Below are positions 26,471 to 40,016 of a stretch of DNA of 64,000 bases, piece by piece. The notes under the pieces were generated by a model. The model was not told the DNA's origin and made no database searches. It saw nothing but the letters and a program-made list of their open reading frames with translations. Location of the stretch: positions 22,322,001-22,386,000 of the forward strand of contig NC_087437.1 in assembly GCF_036321535.1 (NCBI RefSeq), in the 5' to 3' direction. The stretch's first letter is position 1. Each line of letters begins with the position of its first letter. A program made the position numbers and the translations under genes. The stretch comes from Camelus dromedarius. Its lineage: Eukaryota.

Positions 26471-27847
26471 TTCACAAGGCCACAGTACCAACCCAATAAA
26501 TAATTCATAGCTGCTTTTCTTACTCTGATGCTACTCAGAATAAGAAAAAAACTGCAATGCAGTGATCATCATTAAAAATGGAAATTGCTGCTCACAATAT
26601 TCATACCTGTGATCTAAAATGAGTGTGACTGTGTGGGATATAATGAATTCTGTCAAGTTTTAGGAAAAAGGAGTTTTTTTTTTCCTTTTTGTTTTTTAAA
26701 AGACTATAACGCCATTACCTGTAAATCCATGAAATACTTGGTTCCAAGTATCGTTTTGAATGACCCTGAGATTCCTGAATGCAGCCCCAGCCTGGCACAC
26801 TTTGGTATAGGAAGGGGTCTGGTATCTGCTACTTTCCTTGCCGGACTCTTTGATGGAAAACTCAAAAGCTACAGCAACCACACATCTGCCATGGGCCTTT
26901 CATTTTGCTGGTAACATCTCAGAGTGCAATCCATTTCAAACCAGGGATGGGAAGAAACTCTCCATCCATGTGACTTTATGTAATTCTGCTACTGTGTCAT
27001 CTTGCCAATCCATTGTTATCTCTGGGCTTTCTTTACACTTAAGTAAAATGTTGGCAACCACAGGATAACTCCTTATTTTCAGTTGATGTCGGTAGACAGC
27101 TAAAAATGATTTTAGGCTGCTTTGGAAAAGGTCATTCTTATCCTGTGTCACTCACATTTGTAGGATGAATATACAGACATGCTGAAGGAGAGAGATGATA
27201 AATGATAGACTGGATGGAGAGGGACCATAGGAAGCAGACGTTCCAGCAGGTCCATGAGTCACCTATGAATAAGGCAACCTATGATTCCCACCCCAGCTGT
27301 AACACTGTGAATCTAAGCAAATCATTTGATCTGATGTCTTAAAGTCTGACTAAGGGGGCATCAATTTCTGCTTCTTATCTCATTATAAGAAATTGTCAGT
27401 GAGGATGATAGGTGATTATAAAATTCTGAGTTCTGTATACAAATAAAATCAACACAATTGGTGAGAGAAGATACAGTCACCCAAACAGAATGGCTGCTAA
27501 GCCAGAGCCAGGCTTGAATGTATGAGATCAGATGTACTAATTAAACCTAAGGAAGGATGGACCAACCATAGCGAGGAGGTCAGTGAGGCAACAGGGATCC
27601 AAGTCTGCTGTGGTGGCTGTCCCTGCCCAGGGAGAGACACAGTGAGGCTGGAGTGGGGGTGAATGTCTACACGGGGTGTGCCTTTCATATACTGAAAGGC
27701 AGCCTGGTTGAAAACACTAAGATTATCTGCTCTGCCTTGCTCTGCTTTCAGACTCACTTGGCAACCTTCAGATAATTAATTGGATTTTTCTGTTATATCA
27801 ATGTCTAGAATGAAGGTTCCCTGGATAGAAAATATTTCTTGCTTGCT

Positions 27848-28340
27848 TGATTCATTCATTCACTCAACAAATATTTATTGAGTGTCCACTCTGTGCTAAG
27901 CACTGTTGTATGTTCTGAGTACAGACTCAAATTGCTGTCCCCAGAAAGCATATATCCTGGTTGGAGGAGAGTACTATAACAAATAAATAAAGTACATAGG
28001 TGTGAGATGGTAGTAAGTGTAATGGTGAAAAAAGAAGCAGGGAACAGGTGAGGAAGCACACCTGTTGGGGCTGCTAATGCAAATATGGAGCCAGGAAGTT
28101 CTCACTGCCAAACTGGGTGAAAAAGGTGAAGGAAGGAGGCACACAGATGTCAGAGGGAAGAGCACCCCGAGCAGAGGGAAGAGGAGCCAGTACAACGCAG
28201 GAACGTGCTTGGGGTATCTCAGCAAGGCCAAGGTGGCTGGAGCAGAGTGAGCCAGGGAGCAAGAGCTGGAGAGGATGCTGGAGGGATGTAGGGACCAGAT
28301 TGTGACTTGACCCTTCTAAGGGCTGGGAAAGAACATTCCT
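27848..28340 (-). mobile_element. L2a 3' end
   Basis: 'ttcattcattcactcaacaaatatttattgagtgtccactctgtgctaagcactgtt...agcaaggccaaggtggctggagcagagtgagc'. Confidence 0.85.
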
Positions 28341-28759
28341 CCCCACAAGGACATGTGTGATGATTTAGGAATTTGATGTCTGGTTTATACTTGTGCCTCT
28401 TTGGAGTTTGGCAAAAGTGCATCCATCTCTATGAAACTAGGCCATTCTTGGAGTCTTTGGGATATAGAACTTTCTGCCTCTGAAAAGCTGAGGACCTAAT
28501 TCAGAAACTTGGAGACTCCATTATGGTGATGTTCTTAGGGTGATCAACCAGGACCCTGAAACTTATCACACCATTTATCTTCAACAGATGTTTTGAGATG
28601 TGAGCTCTGCACTATATAATGTAAACAGTCAGAACGGTCTCTGCTTTAACAGTGACATTCTGAACACATGGAGATGGGGTTTTACATGTAGATGAAGGAT
28701 ATCACAGACACAGAGCTGTCGATGATAAAGTTCATTTAAGTATATTTATGAACTTCACA

Positions 28760-28920
28760 GTGAGACAGATCTGGGCTTGAATTACAGAATTGACACTAGC
28801 TATGGAACCTTAAGGAAGTTATTCAAGTTCTTGGAGACTTTGTTTCTTCCACCTCAAAGAGAGTGTTTGTGAGAATTAAACAAAAAGGGTGGCTATTAGG
28901 ATTGAATGAAATAATGTTTT
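28760..28920 (+). mobile_element. MIR fragment
   Basis: 'acagatctgggcttgaatt...ctagctatggaaccttaaggaagttattcaag...aggattgaatgaaataatg'. Confidence 0.55.
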
Positions 28921-29464
28921 CGATGGCAAAGTGTTGGTACTGCGTACCGAGTTCCGTTTCTCATCTCCCCCTTCTCAATTCCTACTTTGTGCTGCATGAC
29001 TCAGAAGTGCTGCGCATATGGAGCCACAATGAAATCTTAGTTAATCATCGATTTTGGCACCACAGGCTTCCAACAGCGTTCTTGACCAGGAGAGCTCAGG
29101 TTGTTTTGTTGGAGGCTGACATAATCAGCAGTCTATTTGGGTTGCATTGTACTCTTAGACTGTCCCACTCTCCTACAGAGCTGTGGAGCTGAAATAAAAT
29201 TATAATGTAAAGTACTCAATACAGTCCTTGGCCATTGTTCGTCCTCATGGAATGTTAATTTTTATTCTTTGTATTCTTCTGTAGTTTCTGGAAAAAATTA
29301 TGGAAATGTATATGTGTGTTCATTATGAAAAAGTGAAAAAAAAAAAGGCAAGAAAAACTATATGAGCAACAGTGGCTTGTTTTACTGATACCAGCGATGA
29401 ATTAAGAGGATCCTTCTATCTTTGGGTCTGAATTTTGGGCATAAATTAAATGTGAATGGAGTAT

Positions 29465-29931
29465 GGTGATGCTTAGTTGTACGTGTTAACTTGACTAAGC
29501 TACCTAGTTATTCAGTCAAACCCTAATCTAGGTGTTGCTGTGCAGATATTTTGCAGGTGTGGATGACATCTACAGTCAGCTGACTTTAAATGAAGGAGAT
29601 AATTCTCAGTAATGTGGGTGGGCCTCATCCTATCAGTTAAATGGACTTAAGAGCAAAACTGAGGTTTCTTGAGGAAGAAGAAATTTGGTCTCAAGATGGC
29701 AGCATCTCAGCTCCTGCCTGAGAGTTTCTAGACAGACAGCCTGCCCTACAAATCCTGGACTTGCCACCCCTACAATCACATAAGCCAGTTCCTTAAAATA
29801 AATCTATGTGTATATGTAGGTATATGTATGTGTGTATGTCTAGGTAAACGTATACATAAATGTACGTGTGTGCACGTGTGTACCCCTTACTGGTTCTGTT
29901 TCTGTTTCTCTGGAGAATCCTGACTAATGAA
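29465..29931 (+). mobile_element. ERVL solo LTR, MLT2B/MLT2D-like
   Basis: Starts '[t]gtgatgcttagttgtacgtgttaacttgactaagct', contains 'aatgtgggtgggcctcatcctatcagtt', AATAAA, a (TATG)-like tract, and ends 'ttctgtttctctggagaatcctgactaat'. Confidence 0.9.
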
Positions 29932-30702
29932 GGTACGTATGAAGGCTTATTTATTCTTCTTTTTCTTTTGTCAGTAATTCTTTCTGATGCCTCATTTGCA
30001 TGATGCAGTTTTACTAAAATGAAACTTGAGCAGCTCCAAACTGCATAATCCATTTCTTTTGGTCTCACGACAATTTCTGTTCTGCCCCGGCCGGGCAACC
30101 TGACCCCAGGGTGGGGGGAACCATCCCTACACTGATAGCGACTGGCACAGTCTGCTCATGGGGCTCGTGGGGCACATCACCTGAGTTCTGGGTGGACAAC
30201 AGAACAAACATAAATGCCAAGAGGGTAACTTGTCTTTAAAAATACAGATAAATCAAGAGGTTACAGAGCGGAAACTGGTTGGTTTGCTATTCTCTGGGTA
30301 TGAATTCAGAGCATAACTAGGATATAAAAACTCTGTTGTCTAAGTGAAAAATATATTTACACAGTGACGGTAGCCCTGCAATTTTTAGAATGAATGCACA
30401 GGAGGACAAGTTACCGTGAGAAGAGATATTACAGAGAGGGTAAGTCTGCTTTCATTTTTTGCTAGTCTGTCCATAATCATGTGGAAATCACCCCCTGATG
30501 AAATGTGAGGCAAAAACGATGACATCATCTGAATTTAGTGTAACTGCTCTGAGCTAAAAATTTGGGTGGGTTCCCTCTTTCATTTTCTTGTCTCCAAGTT
30601 GTTTTTTTCCATTTTGTCCTTTTCTTCGTCATAAAGCATTCCTCACAACATTGTCAGAATTTGAACAAAAATATTTTTTACCTAATTTCTGATTTATCAT
30701 TT

Positions 30703-31520
30703 TGTGATGTTGTGATTTATAACAAGAAATACATATTTGGTCTTCATCCCCTGCTTTGGTACAGAGCTCCTAAACCCCCTTGGAACTTTCTAATTGATGA
30801 AAACAACAAAGGCATCCTTTGTGATGTTAATGGTGATGTTTGGACCCCACTCTAGGTTGGGGGCTGGTTGCCAGGAGAACCAACTGTATGATTAGAAGGT
30901 TGTAACTACCAGACTCCACCCTCCTTACCTCTGGGGAAGAGGGGAGGGGCTGGAGATGGAATTCAATCACCAATGATTAATGATTCATCAGTTGTGCCTA
31001 TACAATGAAGCCTCCATAAAAACCCAAAGGATGGGGTTTAGGAGAGTTTCCAGGTTAGTGAACAGGTGGAGATTTGGGGACAGTGGTGTACTGAGGAGGG
31101 CATGGATGCTCCAAGCCCTTTCCCCATACCTCGCCCCAAGCACCTCTTCCACTTGGCTGTTCCTGAGTTACATCCTTTTATAATAAACCAGTGATCTAGT
31201 AAGTAAAATATTTCTCTGAATTCTGTGACTTTCCTAGCAAATTAATCAAACCCAAGGAGAAGGTCATGGGAACCTCCAACCTGTAGCTGGTCGGTAAGAA
31301 GCATGCGTAACAAGCTGGGCCTGTGAGTGGTGTCTGGGGGGTGGTGGTGGTGGTGGTGGTGGTGATGGGGAAGTCTTGCGGGACCGAGCCCTTTCCTGTG
31401 AGATCTGATACTTCCTCCAGGTATATAGCATAGGGATTGAGTTGAATTTTAGGACACTGAGCTGGTGTCTGGTGCATTGCTTGGCTGTGGGGAAGCCCCC
31501 GTTCCACAAGTTGGTCCAGG
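30703..31520 (+). mobile_element. MER21-type solo LTR
   Basis: 'tgtgatgttgtgatttataacaagaaatacatatttggtcttc...acagagctcctaaa...gggctggttgccagg...tacaatgaagcctccataaaaaccc...cttttataataaacc...gcaaattaatcaaacccaaggag'. Includes a (GGT)n tract at ~31340-31364. Confidence 0.9.
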
Positions 31521-34500
31521 AACCCCCAAAGACAGTTTCTTACTGTACATCTTGTCATAACTAAGCAGCCTTTGTATGTACCCTTTAGCCAAGTTTTTAT
31601 AACTTCCTATAAATTTGGTCATCAGATACTTTGAGCAGTGGCAGGGGAAAATCGTGTTTCCAGAGGAGAAATCAACCTGGAACATAAACCAGCATAACCT
31701 GCTAAGAAGCAGTTTCCTGCAAAGAGACTAGGAAGGCTTTGGGTGGCTAATGAGGTACCAGAACCTCCACGAGGCAGTAAATGGCCAAGATGGACCGCTT
31801 TTAAGATGGTGGCAACCTACACTGCCTGTGAAAACGCAGGATTGAGGAAAGCAAGGTATTCGTGCATAGACAACGTTAGTGTGGAAAAGCAAAACTGTAG
31901 CCTCAAAACACCTCTACCTTCCACATCTCCATTTCATAATTCTTGGAATGCTCTACTTTTTCAGAATTGCTTTCTAATTTTAAGCTTGTTTTACTTTTGC
32001 TTATCTCTGCAATCTTTGGCTGGCTTCACTTCATTCTTACTTAATTTTTTTTTCCTACAGTCATTCCTCTAATTTGCTTTCCTTTCCTTCCTGCTGTGAA
32101 TTTCTTATATTTCTCTTGCCTCCTGTCCCCTTTCCACTTTTACCTCCTCTTTATCTTATTCTTTGAATGTCTTTCCCCCTGTTCTTAATTCTTCTTCCTC
32201 TCCTACTGATGGAGCTTTAATCATTGCTGAGCTGCTTTCAAATCACCCAGTGACTGGCATTTTCTCCCTGAAAGGAGAGGGATTTGTGACTGTGGAAAAC
32301 TAACTACAAAGACCCAACACATTCAATTTTCAGCACAGTTCTCTCCTTCCTTCTGTAATGCTTTTGCCTGGGATTAGAGCTGGACCGCTTACTGCAGCTC
32401 ACAATGGCAAAGCCCTTCAGGCCTGACTTCGCAGCCCTGTGAGTCACACGGCAAGGTGTATCCGAGCCACTATGTTGACACTGATTGCTAGAACTTTAAA
32501 GTTGCCCTTCACTAGAAAAAGCTTACTCAAGGGTTTCCTGGAAAACAAAGTAGGATTATTTTACAGTGTGGTGACCAGACTCATTCTTCTCCTTGGGCCA
32601 TTCGTCCTCTCCTCTACCCCCTCCAGCCACTTCATTGTTTACAGCGTGAAACAAAAACACATAAATAGGTTCCTGGGAGAAGGGTGAAGGAACTTTTCAC
32701 CCTGGCCAACTCCGCCAGAAGTAAGATTTTTACAAAGGGACGAACGGTAAAATTAGTCAAAGAGATCAGTTTTTCAGGACTATATGATTTCATCACCTGG
32801 CATTAGGAAAGAGTAGATTGCCATGAACGCACCAAATTCATTTCACTGTGAGAGATTTCACTGTCGCTCTTTGTAAAACCTAAGTATGGATTACACAGCT
32901 TTTTAGTTTTTGAAATCACTCTTTTTGATAAGTTTGGCTGTGAATTCGCTTTACCTTTCTGTGTTTCTTGATGAGCAGGAGTGCGTACCTCGTGGGTTAA
33001 GTGCTGGATGTTAGCCTCTGCTGTGCAGCAGGATCTGGGAGATCATCTTTATCAAAAAGGATACTTGTGGTCAAAGCTGTACCACATTCTGAAGAGCCAG
33101 GCACTCTCCGTTTTTGTCGTGCTTTTATCCAAGTCATTTGCTTCCTGGAGGGAGATAATAGAAAAAAGGCATTGGATAAGTAATCAATATAAATATTGAT
33201 ATATACTATAAACAGTAATATATAATGTGTATCTAATAGTATATTTTGTATTTTAACTATAAAAATACACGTCAAACCAAATTAAACTTAACTACATTTT
33301 AAAAAGACTTTCTAGAGACAGGCATTTTCATCTAAGTGGTGAAGCAGCTGCCAAGCAAATTAGCTCATAGATCTTGCCATATGGATGAGGCTCCTGTGGC
33401 ATAATTCAACATTTACTTTTCTTAATAATCCCTATTTTATTAAACAGCTAAGAAATGCCACTTTTTTGACACCAGTAAGAATGATATTTCTGTCAGATTG
33501 CAGTTGTGGGAATTTGGCAGTTACTTCTGTCAAATTTGGATGGTATTTATTTAGGACTTACCAAAAGGTCAAGACTAAAGGGATGATAACAGTCTAATAA
33601 TTGTTAAACTAGTTTTCATTCATTTTCTTTTGGATAAATCACTACCAAAGGCTATGGTTAATTTTTGATATTTTCCCTCTTTGATTCTTAAGTTTCCTGC
33701 TAGGAAGTCTGTAATAAATGAACGTGCCGCTCTCTCCTCCAACTCTTTTTTTTTCTTTTATTTTTTCCAAAAGGACCACAGTGGGAGGCAGGAAGAAAAG
33801 GAATTAGGAAGGACAAAGGAGAAAGCATTTGATGGGCTTTTATGTGAGAGTAGAGGATGAAAATGTGACAAAGAGAAAAAAAGGTGAAAATTTTTTGTGA
33901 TCTTCAGAGACAGATGATAAACATTGCAGTGTGGTAAGAAGGAGATTCAGTGACATTTTTACTTCTTCTGTGTATCCCATTTTGTATTTTAAGAAAAGAA
34001 AATTCCAGGCTTCAATTGGTTGTAATGATCTCTATCATTAAAAGTACTTATATCTGAACATCAGCCGCATTGCTTTGTCTGGGCCCTCAGTTTCCATTCC
34101 TAAATTGTATAAGGAGCTCACAGTCCAGTAATAACATGAACATTCTCAAGAAACCATGATGCCTGGAAGATAGGGACAAACCACTGACTGCTCCAAAGCC
34201 AGCCCTTACATGAACCCCAGTTGATGTCTTTCATTTTACTTTATTTACTTTTTTGCCCCTTCCCAGACAGCTCCACTGATGGTTAATGATAAATAACTGA
34301 ACACAAAACGCTGCAGTCTGTTCTCTGAAACATGTGACAGCAGATGATGCTGTTCCACCCCGCACAGCTGAAACGGGAAAGCAAGAAAGCTACGTGTGGT
34401 CCATTTCTAGTCAGCCGTTTGTCCTCTGTCTAAAACGGTGGAAGCAGAGACACACTAAATTTAAAAACCCAACTGGCGGCTCTTCTCATTGGCTAAGATC

Positions 34501-35349
34501 TCTGATTTCCAACACTGTACAGCTTCCTAAGCAGTGTTCCTTAGTATGCCACGTGATGTTGATGGAAACTCTGTGCCAATTGTTCAGGAAAGGATGGGTT
34601 CGAGAGTGCTAAACAGGTTTGTTGTATACAGAAATTTTTGGACTCCTTCATTTATAAATAAGCAATGTAAATCTTCGAGATGGAAGCATTTCTCAAACTT
34701 ACCTGGCCATGGACCAAAGGCCCCATTTCCAAACCCCATGGTGGGACATCTATGATCTTTTCATGGACATTAGAGTTATGCAGATCTGTTTTCTGAGAGA
34801 CCCAGAGTACCATGCTCTGTTATCTAGACTTAAAATTTATTCATCATATGTTCACAAAAAGGAAACCAGGGTGTCTAGTTCAGTTTCCATCTTTCCCTGA
34901 ACCTTTCTGTGGCCATTTCTACTCGAACAAAGGTGTCAAATTTGAAAAGTCACTGCTACACATTTTGCAACATTTGCGAGTTGCTTCTGAGTCACCATCT
35001 TTCAAACAGGTCAGCATGCTGGGGCTCAGTTGGCAGAGTAAAACTGTTCACCCTAAACTAGTTAGAAAGGTGCTGGGGAGTTCTCTCTCTCTCTTTTCTT
35101 AAGAACAATAAGGACTTACAGGATTCTATCCATCAAGAGGCACAGGTAATTTTTGATAGCTGATAGTACCTACTGATAAGATAGTGACAAGACAGTCATT
35201 GAAGAAAACTAATAGAAAGGAATGTAAGAAAATTCCTATTTTTGTCTGGAGCAGCCCACTTGAATGACATGGGTAGTACTGACAATCCCCAGCTATGGGA
35301 TGCTCATTAACTCCTAGGCAGCATGCTGGTCACATGATCCAGTCATTAA

Positions 35350-35545
35350 CTTTTTCAGTCATTATTTTTCAGTTTTCACAATAATCCATCAAGGTAGATT
35401 GCGCCATACCTGTTTTGCAAGTGAGGACATAGAGAGGCCCCGAGAAGGGAGGAGATGAGTCCAAAGTCACCCAACTAGAGAGCTACAGGGCTGGAATTTG
35501 GGTGCAGGACTGCAGGACTCCAAAGATGCTGTTCTTTCTGCTAGT
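35350..35545 (-). mobile_element. MIR SINE
   Basis: 'tcacaataatccatcaaggtag...ttttgcaagtgaggac...ccaaagtcacccaactag...gactccaaagatgctgttctttc'. Confidence 0.65.
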
Positions 35546-35595
35546 GTCTCAGTGAGCCTTTAATGGGAAAGCACACACATTGTACGACAGGCTAC

Positions 35596-35685
35596 TTGGG
35601 CTGCACTTTCCTCATCTGTAAAATGAATCAAGGAGATTGGACTGGCTGGTCTCTGAGGTCCTAATCATATGGAAAATACTGTATT
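35596..35685 (+). mobile_element. MIR3-like fragment
   Basis: 'tttcctcatctgtaaaatg...ttggactggctggtctctgaggtcc'. Confidence 0.7.
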
Positions 35686-35692
35686 TTCATTA

Positions 35693-35825
35693 ATGACAAC
35701 AACAGTAACAGCTAACACCTCTTGAACGTATCATGTGCCAGACACTATTCATAGATTATTATTCCTATTTTACAGATGAGGAAACTGAGGCAACTGGGCA
35801 CAGAGAGGTTTCCAGGCACACCTGT
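35693..35825 (-). mobile_element. MIR fragment
   Basis: 'aacagctaacac...tgtgccagacact...attattattcctattttacagatgaggaaactgaggc'. Confidence 0.8.
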
Positions 35826-36232
35826 GGCCTCTCAGCAGCAGCTAAGATTCCTGTCATCTTAGATGGGGCACCAGTGAAGAGCAAACTAGGGCAAATGGGT
35901 ATCTGAACAGGAGGGGAGGTCAGGATACTGGAGTGCTCATGGAGGGTGAGAGAGAGCAGCGACCTGTACCCCAAGACAATGAAATGCATGGCTGCCCTCA
36001 GCTGGGTGAGCTGCTGACGGCTCGCTGAGTGTCCCTACAGAAATTTTGGTGTTAGGAATTTCTCTAGACTCTTAGTTTCAGAGGTTTTTCCAAGGTCTTA
36101 GAAACGTTCACTGCCTTTCTCTTCCTTTTCCCTCTCCCTTTAATTTTATTTTATCTCCTGACGGGGGATGCATCAGAACTTATAAGCACTCCTGAAAGGG
36201 CTTATACTAAATTTCTGGTAAATCTTGCAGGG

Positions 36233-36254
36233 TTTTTTTTTTTTTTTTTTTTTT
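36233..36254. repeat. T22 homopolymer
   Basis: Read directly. Confidence 0.9.
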
Positions 36255-38160
36255 GTCAGCTGATGAGAGCAACACATACTAGGTAGCATTTTGGAAAAAT
36301 GGTCACATGTGTAATCTATTTTTCAAACTTTAATTTACTCAGGAGACTGAAGATGTTATTCATTTCTCTACTTTGTAGAGAGATAAACTAGGTTCCAATT
36401 AGAATAAAACATAGAACATGTTTTTCCAGGTGAGGGAAATACCACTGATGACCCAGCATTGACTTTTCTGCTGATCTTAGATAAAATGTTCAGTGTATGT
36501 CTTAAAGATCTGTCGGCCCAGTTCTGGATCCATTCATTTATTTCTCTGAAGTTATTGATGACTTAATAACTCGGTTATGAAAGGCCATCAATAAATGAGC
36601 AGAAATAAATGAGTTAGTCCACTGTGTGCTCTGCTTGTTCACTGGGGGCTGAAGATAAATGTGCCAAAGGAAGGCCAGCCTCTGCAGTCACCCTGGAACG
36701 GGGAAGGTCTCTGATGAGGCAGCACAGAGGGCAGGCCCCCGGGGGGGCCCAGTGGGCCGAGGACAGCAGGTAGCATCAATGTACCTGGATTATTCTGAAG
36801 CAGAGATCAGCCCACACCCAAGGACAATGGATGTGTGCAGTCATCAGCAGTAGAATCTGGAACTTGGTGATATTTTCTTTATCACTAGCAATATATCTTC
36901 TCTTTTGAGTTCTGTGATCCCAGAGGGGAGGTTGTGTCCATGTTAAAACAAGCAGAAGATCCAGAAACTGATGACCAAGATTTGAGCTCTGACTCTCTAC
37001 CATTAACCATTTAATAATAATGATACACTTTCCAACTCGGAGCCTCCTGTTTCACAGCTGTGCATGGGAACTGGCGATTCAAGGGCATTGAATCTTAGCT
37101 TTTATTTGCCCTTGATACTTCTAAGAAGCAGAGTGCTTGATATATGTGCAATTTCTGGTTCCTTTATTAGCCTCTATTTCTGGGAAAATGTAAAAGTGAC
37201 TGGGGCATTTGATGTCTTTCCCTTTTCTCCTTAAACAAAGGAATAGGCCAGAGGCTGGGAAGTGACTGGGTGCAGCAGGGAGTGAGTAGATGTCTTTCAA
37301 GTGACCCCTCACTCTTAGCACCACCCCAGAGAGACAGCAACAGGAAAATTATGAGGGGACTCTTTGTTTTAGACATTTTTGGACCCCTGGGAGAAAACAA
37401 GAGGCTCTGGCCAGAAATCTGTGAAAACCAGACACTAAAGCAAGAGGGGATGTCTTGTATTAACCTTAATGAAAAAGAACTGAGCAAATGTAAATACATT
37501 CCTCTATCAATATTCAAATGAGGGGACTTTGCTAAGTGAACTGGATGAACTCTGCTCTGGGATAATCATATGGGATTGCTCCTCATTTCAGGGGGATTCA
37601 AAGGATTAAGAGAGCCAAGATTTTCCTTTCTATTTCTCAACCTTTCATATTCAATACTAATGTCAACGGAAGTTACACAGAATGATGACAAAGACAAATA
37701 ATTAACGTAACAAATCTGTAGAGTTCCTTATGGGTTCCAGAGCACTTTTTCAAGTAGTGAGTGTGAATGGAATTTGATAGCAGTACTTTTGCCCTGCCAT
37801 CTCCCCCAGTTTGGAATGTGTTCGTGGAATAACTTCAAGTTTATTGCCTTGATTTTCTGATTATCAAATAGAGGACCAGATTCTGTTCCCCTAAAGAGAA
37901 AAATGTCTGGATTTTGAAGAGGGAAAACATAATATAATTAAGAGTCAATAGGAATTCTTTAGGATTTATGTTTTAAAAGGTAAAATTAATCCTTAGCCTC
38001 CATATAAATAGTATTTTATACAAATATTCTCACCTTCCTCATGCCATGATAAACTCATAAATGTTCCCAAGAAGGTATGGTCAGATAATAAATGCTTACA
38101 GAGAAAAAAATGAAGAAAACAACTAGATAAGGATGGGTAAAACTGTCAAGAGGACATGTG

Positions 38161-38189
38161 GACATCACAGACATCACAGACATCACAGA
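38161..38189. repeat. 9-bp tandem repeat (GACATCACA)x3
   Basis: Read directly. Confidence 0.9.
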
Positions 38190-38345
38190 TGTACTGCAGA
38201 TGGGCTAAACTCATGGTTTAGCTACCCTCCACCACCCTCAGCTCCCCATCAAAAGGCCTGGTTCAAGTAACTTTGTCCATTCAAGAAATCCAAGTTAATC
38301 CATGGAAAAATAAATTTTTTGGTTCATGTAAATATAACATGATAT

Positions 38346-38885
38346 TTTGGTGATTAAAAAATGTATATTCACAAATTATTTGATATGTCTTCCTTTAAAA
38401 GATGGAGACTAATTTCCCTTCCTATTGAGTGTGGACTGTACTTAGTGACTCATTTTTAATAACAGAATGGGGCAGAAGTGATGGTGATATCCAAGACTAG
38501 GTCACAGAAAAGCACTGTGGTTTCCTCCTTGCCGTCTGTCTGTCTTGGACCACATGAGGGAAGTTAGTTACATGTTGTGAGGAGACAAACAACTCTAGGA
38601 AGAGATCCATGTGGTAATAAATTGAGTCTCTCTGCCAATAGTCAACAAGGAGCTGAGGCCTCCTGTCATCGTGGAAGTGGATCCTTCAGCCTCAGTCGAG
38701 CATTCAGATGACTGTAATTCTGGCTGACATCCTGACTGCAACCTCACGAGAGACCTTGAGTCAGAAACACTCAGCTAATTTGCTTTCAAATTCCTGACCC
38801 ATAGAAACTGAGAAAACAAATGTTGGTTATTTTAAGCCACTAATTTTGGGGATAATTTGTTACACAGCAATAGGAGGCTGATACT
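38346..38885 (+). mobile_element. MaLR solo LTR, MLT1F-like
   Basis: 'gatggagactaatttcccttcctattgagtgtggactgtacttagtgactc...ggaagtggatccttcagcctcagtcgagcattcagatgactg...ttcctgacccatagaaactg...ttttaagccactaattttggggataatttgttacacagcaatag'. Confidence 0.9.
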
Positions 38886-39479
38886 ACTATATACTAGAAT
38901 CATAAGTTCTAGATAAGGTATTGGAGTGGGAATTGGGAAGAGATAATAAAATGGTGAGGAGTAACTCTTTGTAGTTTACAAAGTGTATTTGTAAAGGTAA
39001 CATATTTGTGGTATAGAAGACATATTTTCCCCTTAAAAGTACATAAAAAATTATCCTAGGTCAAGTATACCATGTTACTGATTGCAGATTGAATACCAAG
39101 ACATACAATGAGGGACCAGATTACAAGCAGGAGCAAGTTCATATCATCTCACTATACCTGTTTCACAGTATTCTTAACTAATGCCTGATTTACAGCATAA
39201 TTTAGCTATTGTGCTCTTTTATATATATGCACACACACACACATGTACACATGCACCCATATACACACCCACCTAATGGAAAATGGTAGATCCCACCCAG
39301 CTCATGCTATCCTCCAGTGACAGTGCCCCAAACCACAAATGCCATAGCAAAAGTGAGTCATATGTTTAGACTTATGATGTGAGTATACTGTATTATGTTT
39401 TTGTCTGAAAACAAAACAAAACGATGTTTCCCCCTAGAAAACTACTGCAAAGTACATACTGGCTGGCCATGATAAAATA

Positions 39480-39730
39480 ATTGATATCATAAATATATGA
39501 TAGAGTTCAGGTGTTGGGTAACAGGCAGCAAAAGACTGTGATCCTTGAGAGAAGGCAAAGAAACGAGGTGAGCCCTATATTCTTGTTTCTTTCTGCCTGG
39601 AGGCCCTTCCCCAGTTGTAGTGCAAGGAAGTGCAGTCAAGCAGAGAACAGTGCAAGCAGCGAGCAACAGTCTCACAGAGTTGGGGAACTAGACATTGGAG
39701 TTTAGGTGTTGTTGAAGTGGCTGGAAGTTT
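39480..39730 (+). mobile_element. Ancient L1M 5'-region fragment (L1M4/L1MD/L1ME-like)
   Basis: 'aggcagcaaaagactgtgatccttgagagaaggcaaagaaacgaggtgagccctat...tttctgcctggaggc'. Confidence 0.6.
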
Positions 39731-39744
39731 TTGGTGTTGTTGTC

Positions 39745-39900
39745 TTGGGAAAGTTACTTTAATTCTTTGAATTTTAATTTCATCATTTACAAAATGAGGT
39801 TCATAACTGGTATCTTGGTTGGTCAAGGTAAAAATTAAATATGATTTTATATATGACATCTAATGTATAAAAAGTGTTTGCTAAATTGTAGCTGCTGTCT
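39745..39900 (+). mobile_element. MIR fragment
   Basis: 'ttgggaaagttactttaattctttg...tttcatcatttacaaaatgagg'. Confidence 0.55.
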
Positions 39901-39972
39901 TCCTTCACTTCCTCTTCCTCATGATTATTTCTATTTTCTAGAGCGTGTAATTGTAGAATCTGAAGGTAAGAG

Positions 39973-39980
<8 letters not shown>

Positions 39981-40012
<32 letters not shown>
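39981..40012. repeat. (TA)16 microsatellite
   Basis: Read directly. Confidence 0.95.

Positions 40013-40016
<4 letters not shown>

Noticed and set aside
36233..36282. T22 followed by 'gtcag' as a splice acceptor
   Set aside because: The nearest donor (gtagca) is weak. A simple homopolymer or retroposed poly(A) remnant is more likely.
38161..38189. Short direct repeats as a CRISPR-like or other prokaryotic array
   Set aside because: This is a spacer-less 9-bp tandem repeat in mammalian DNA. I saw no prokaryote-like or horizontally transferred segment anywhere in the window.
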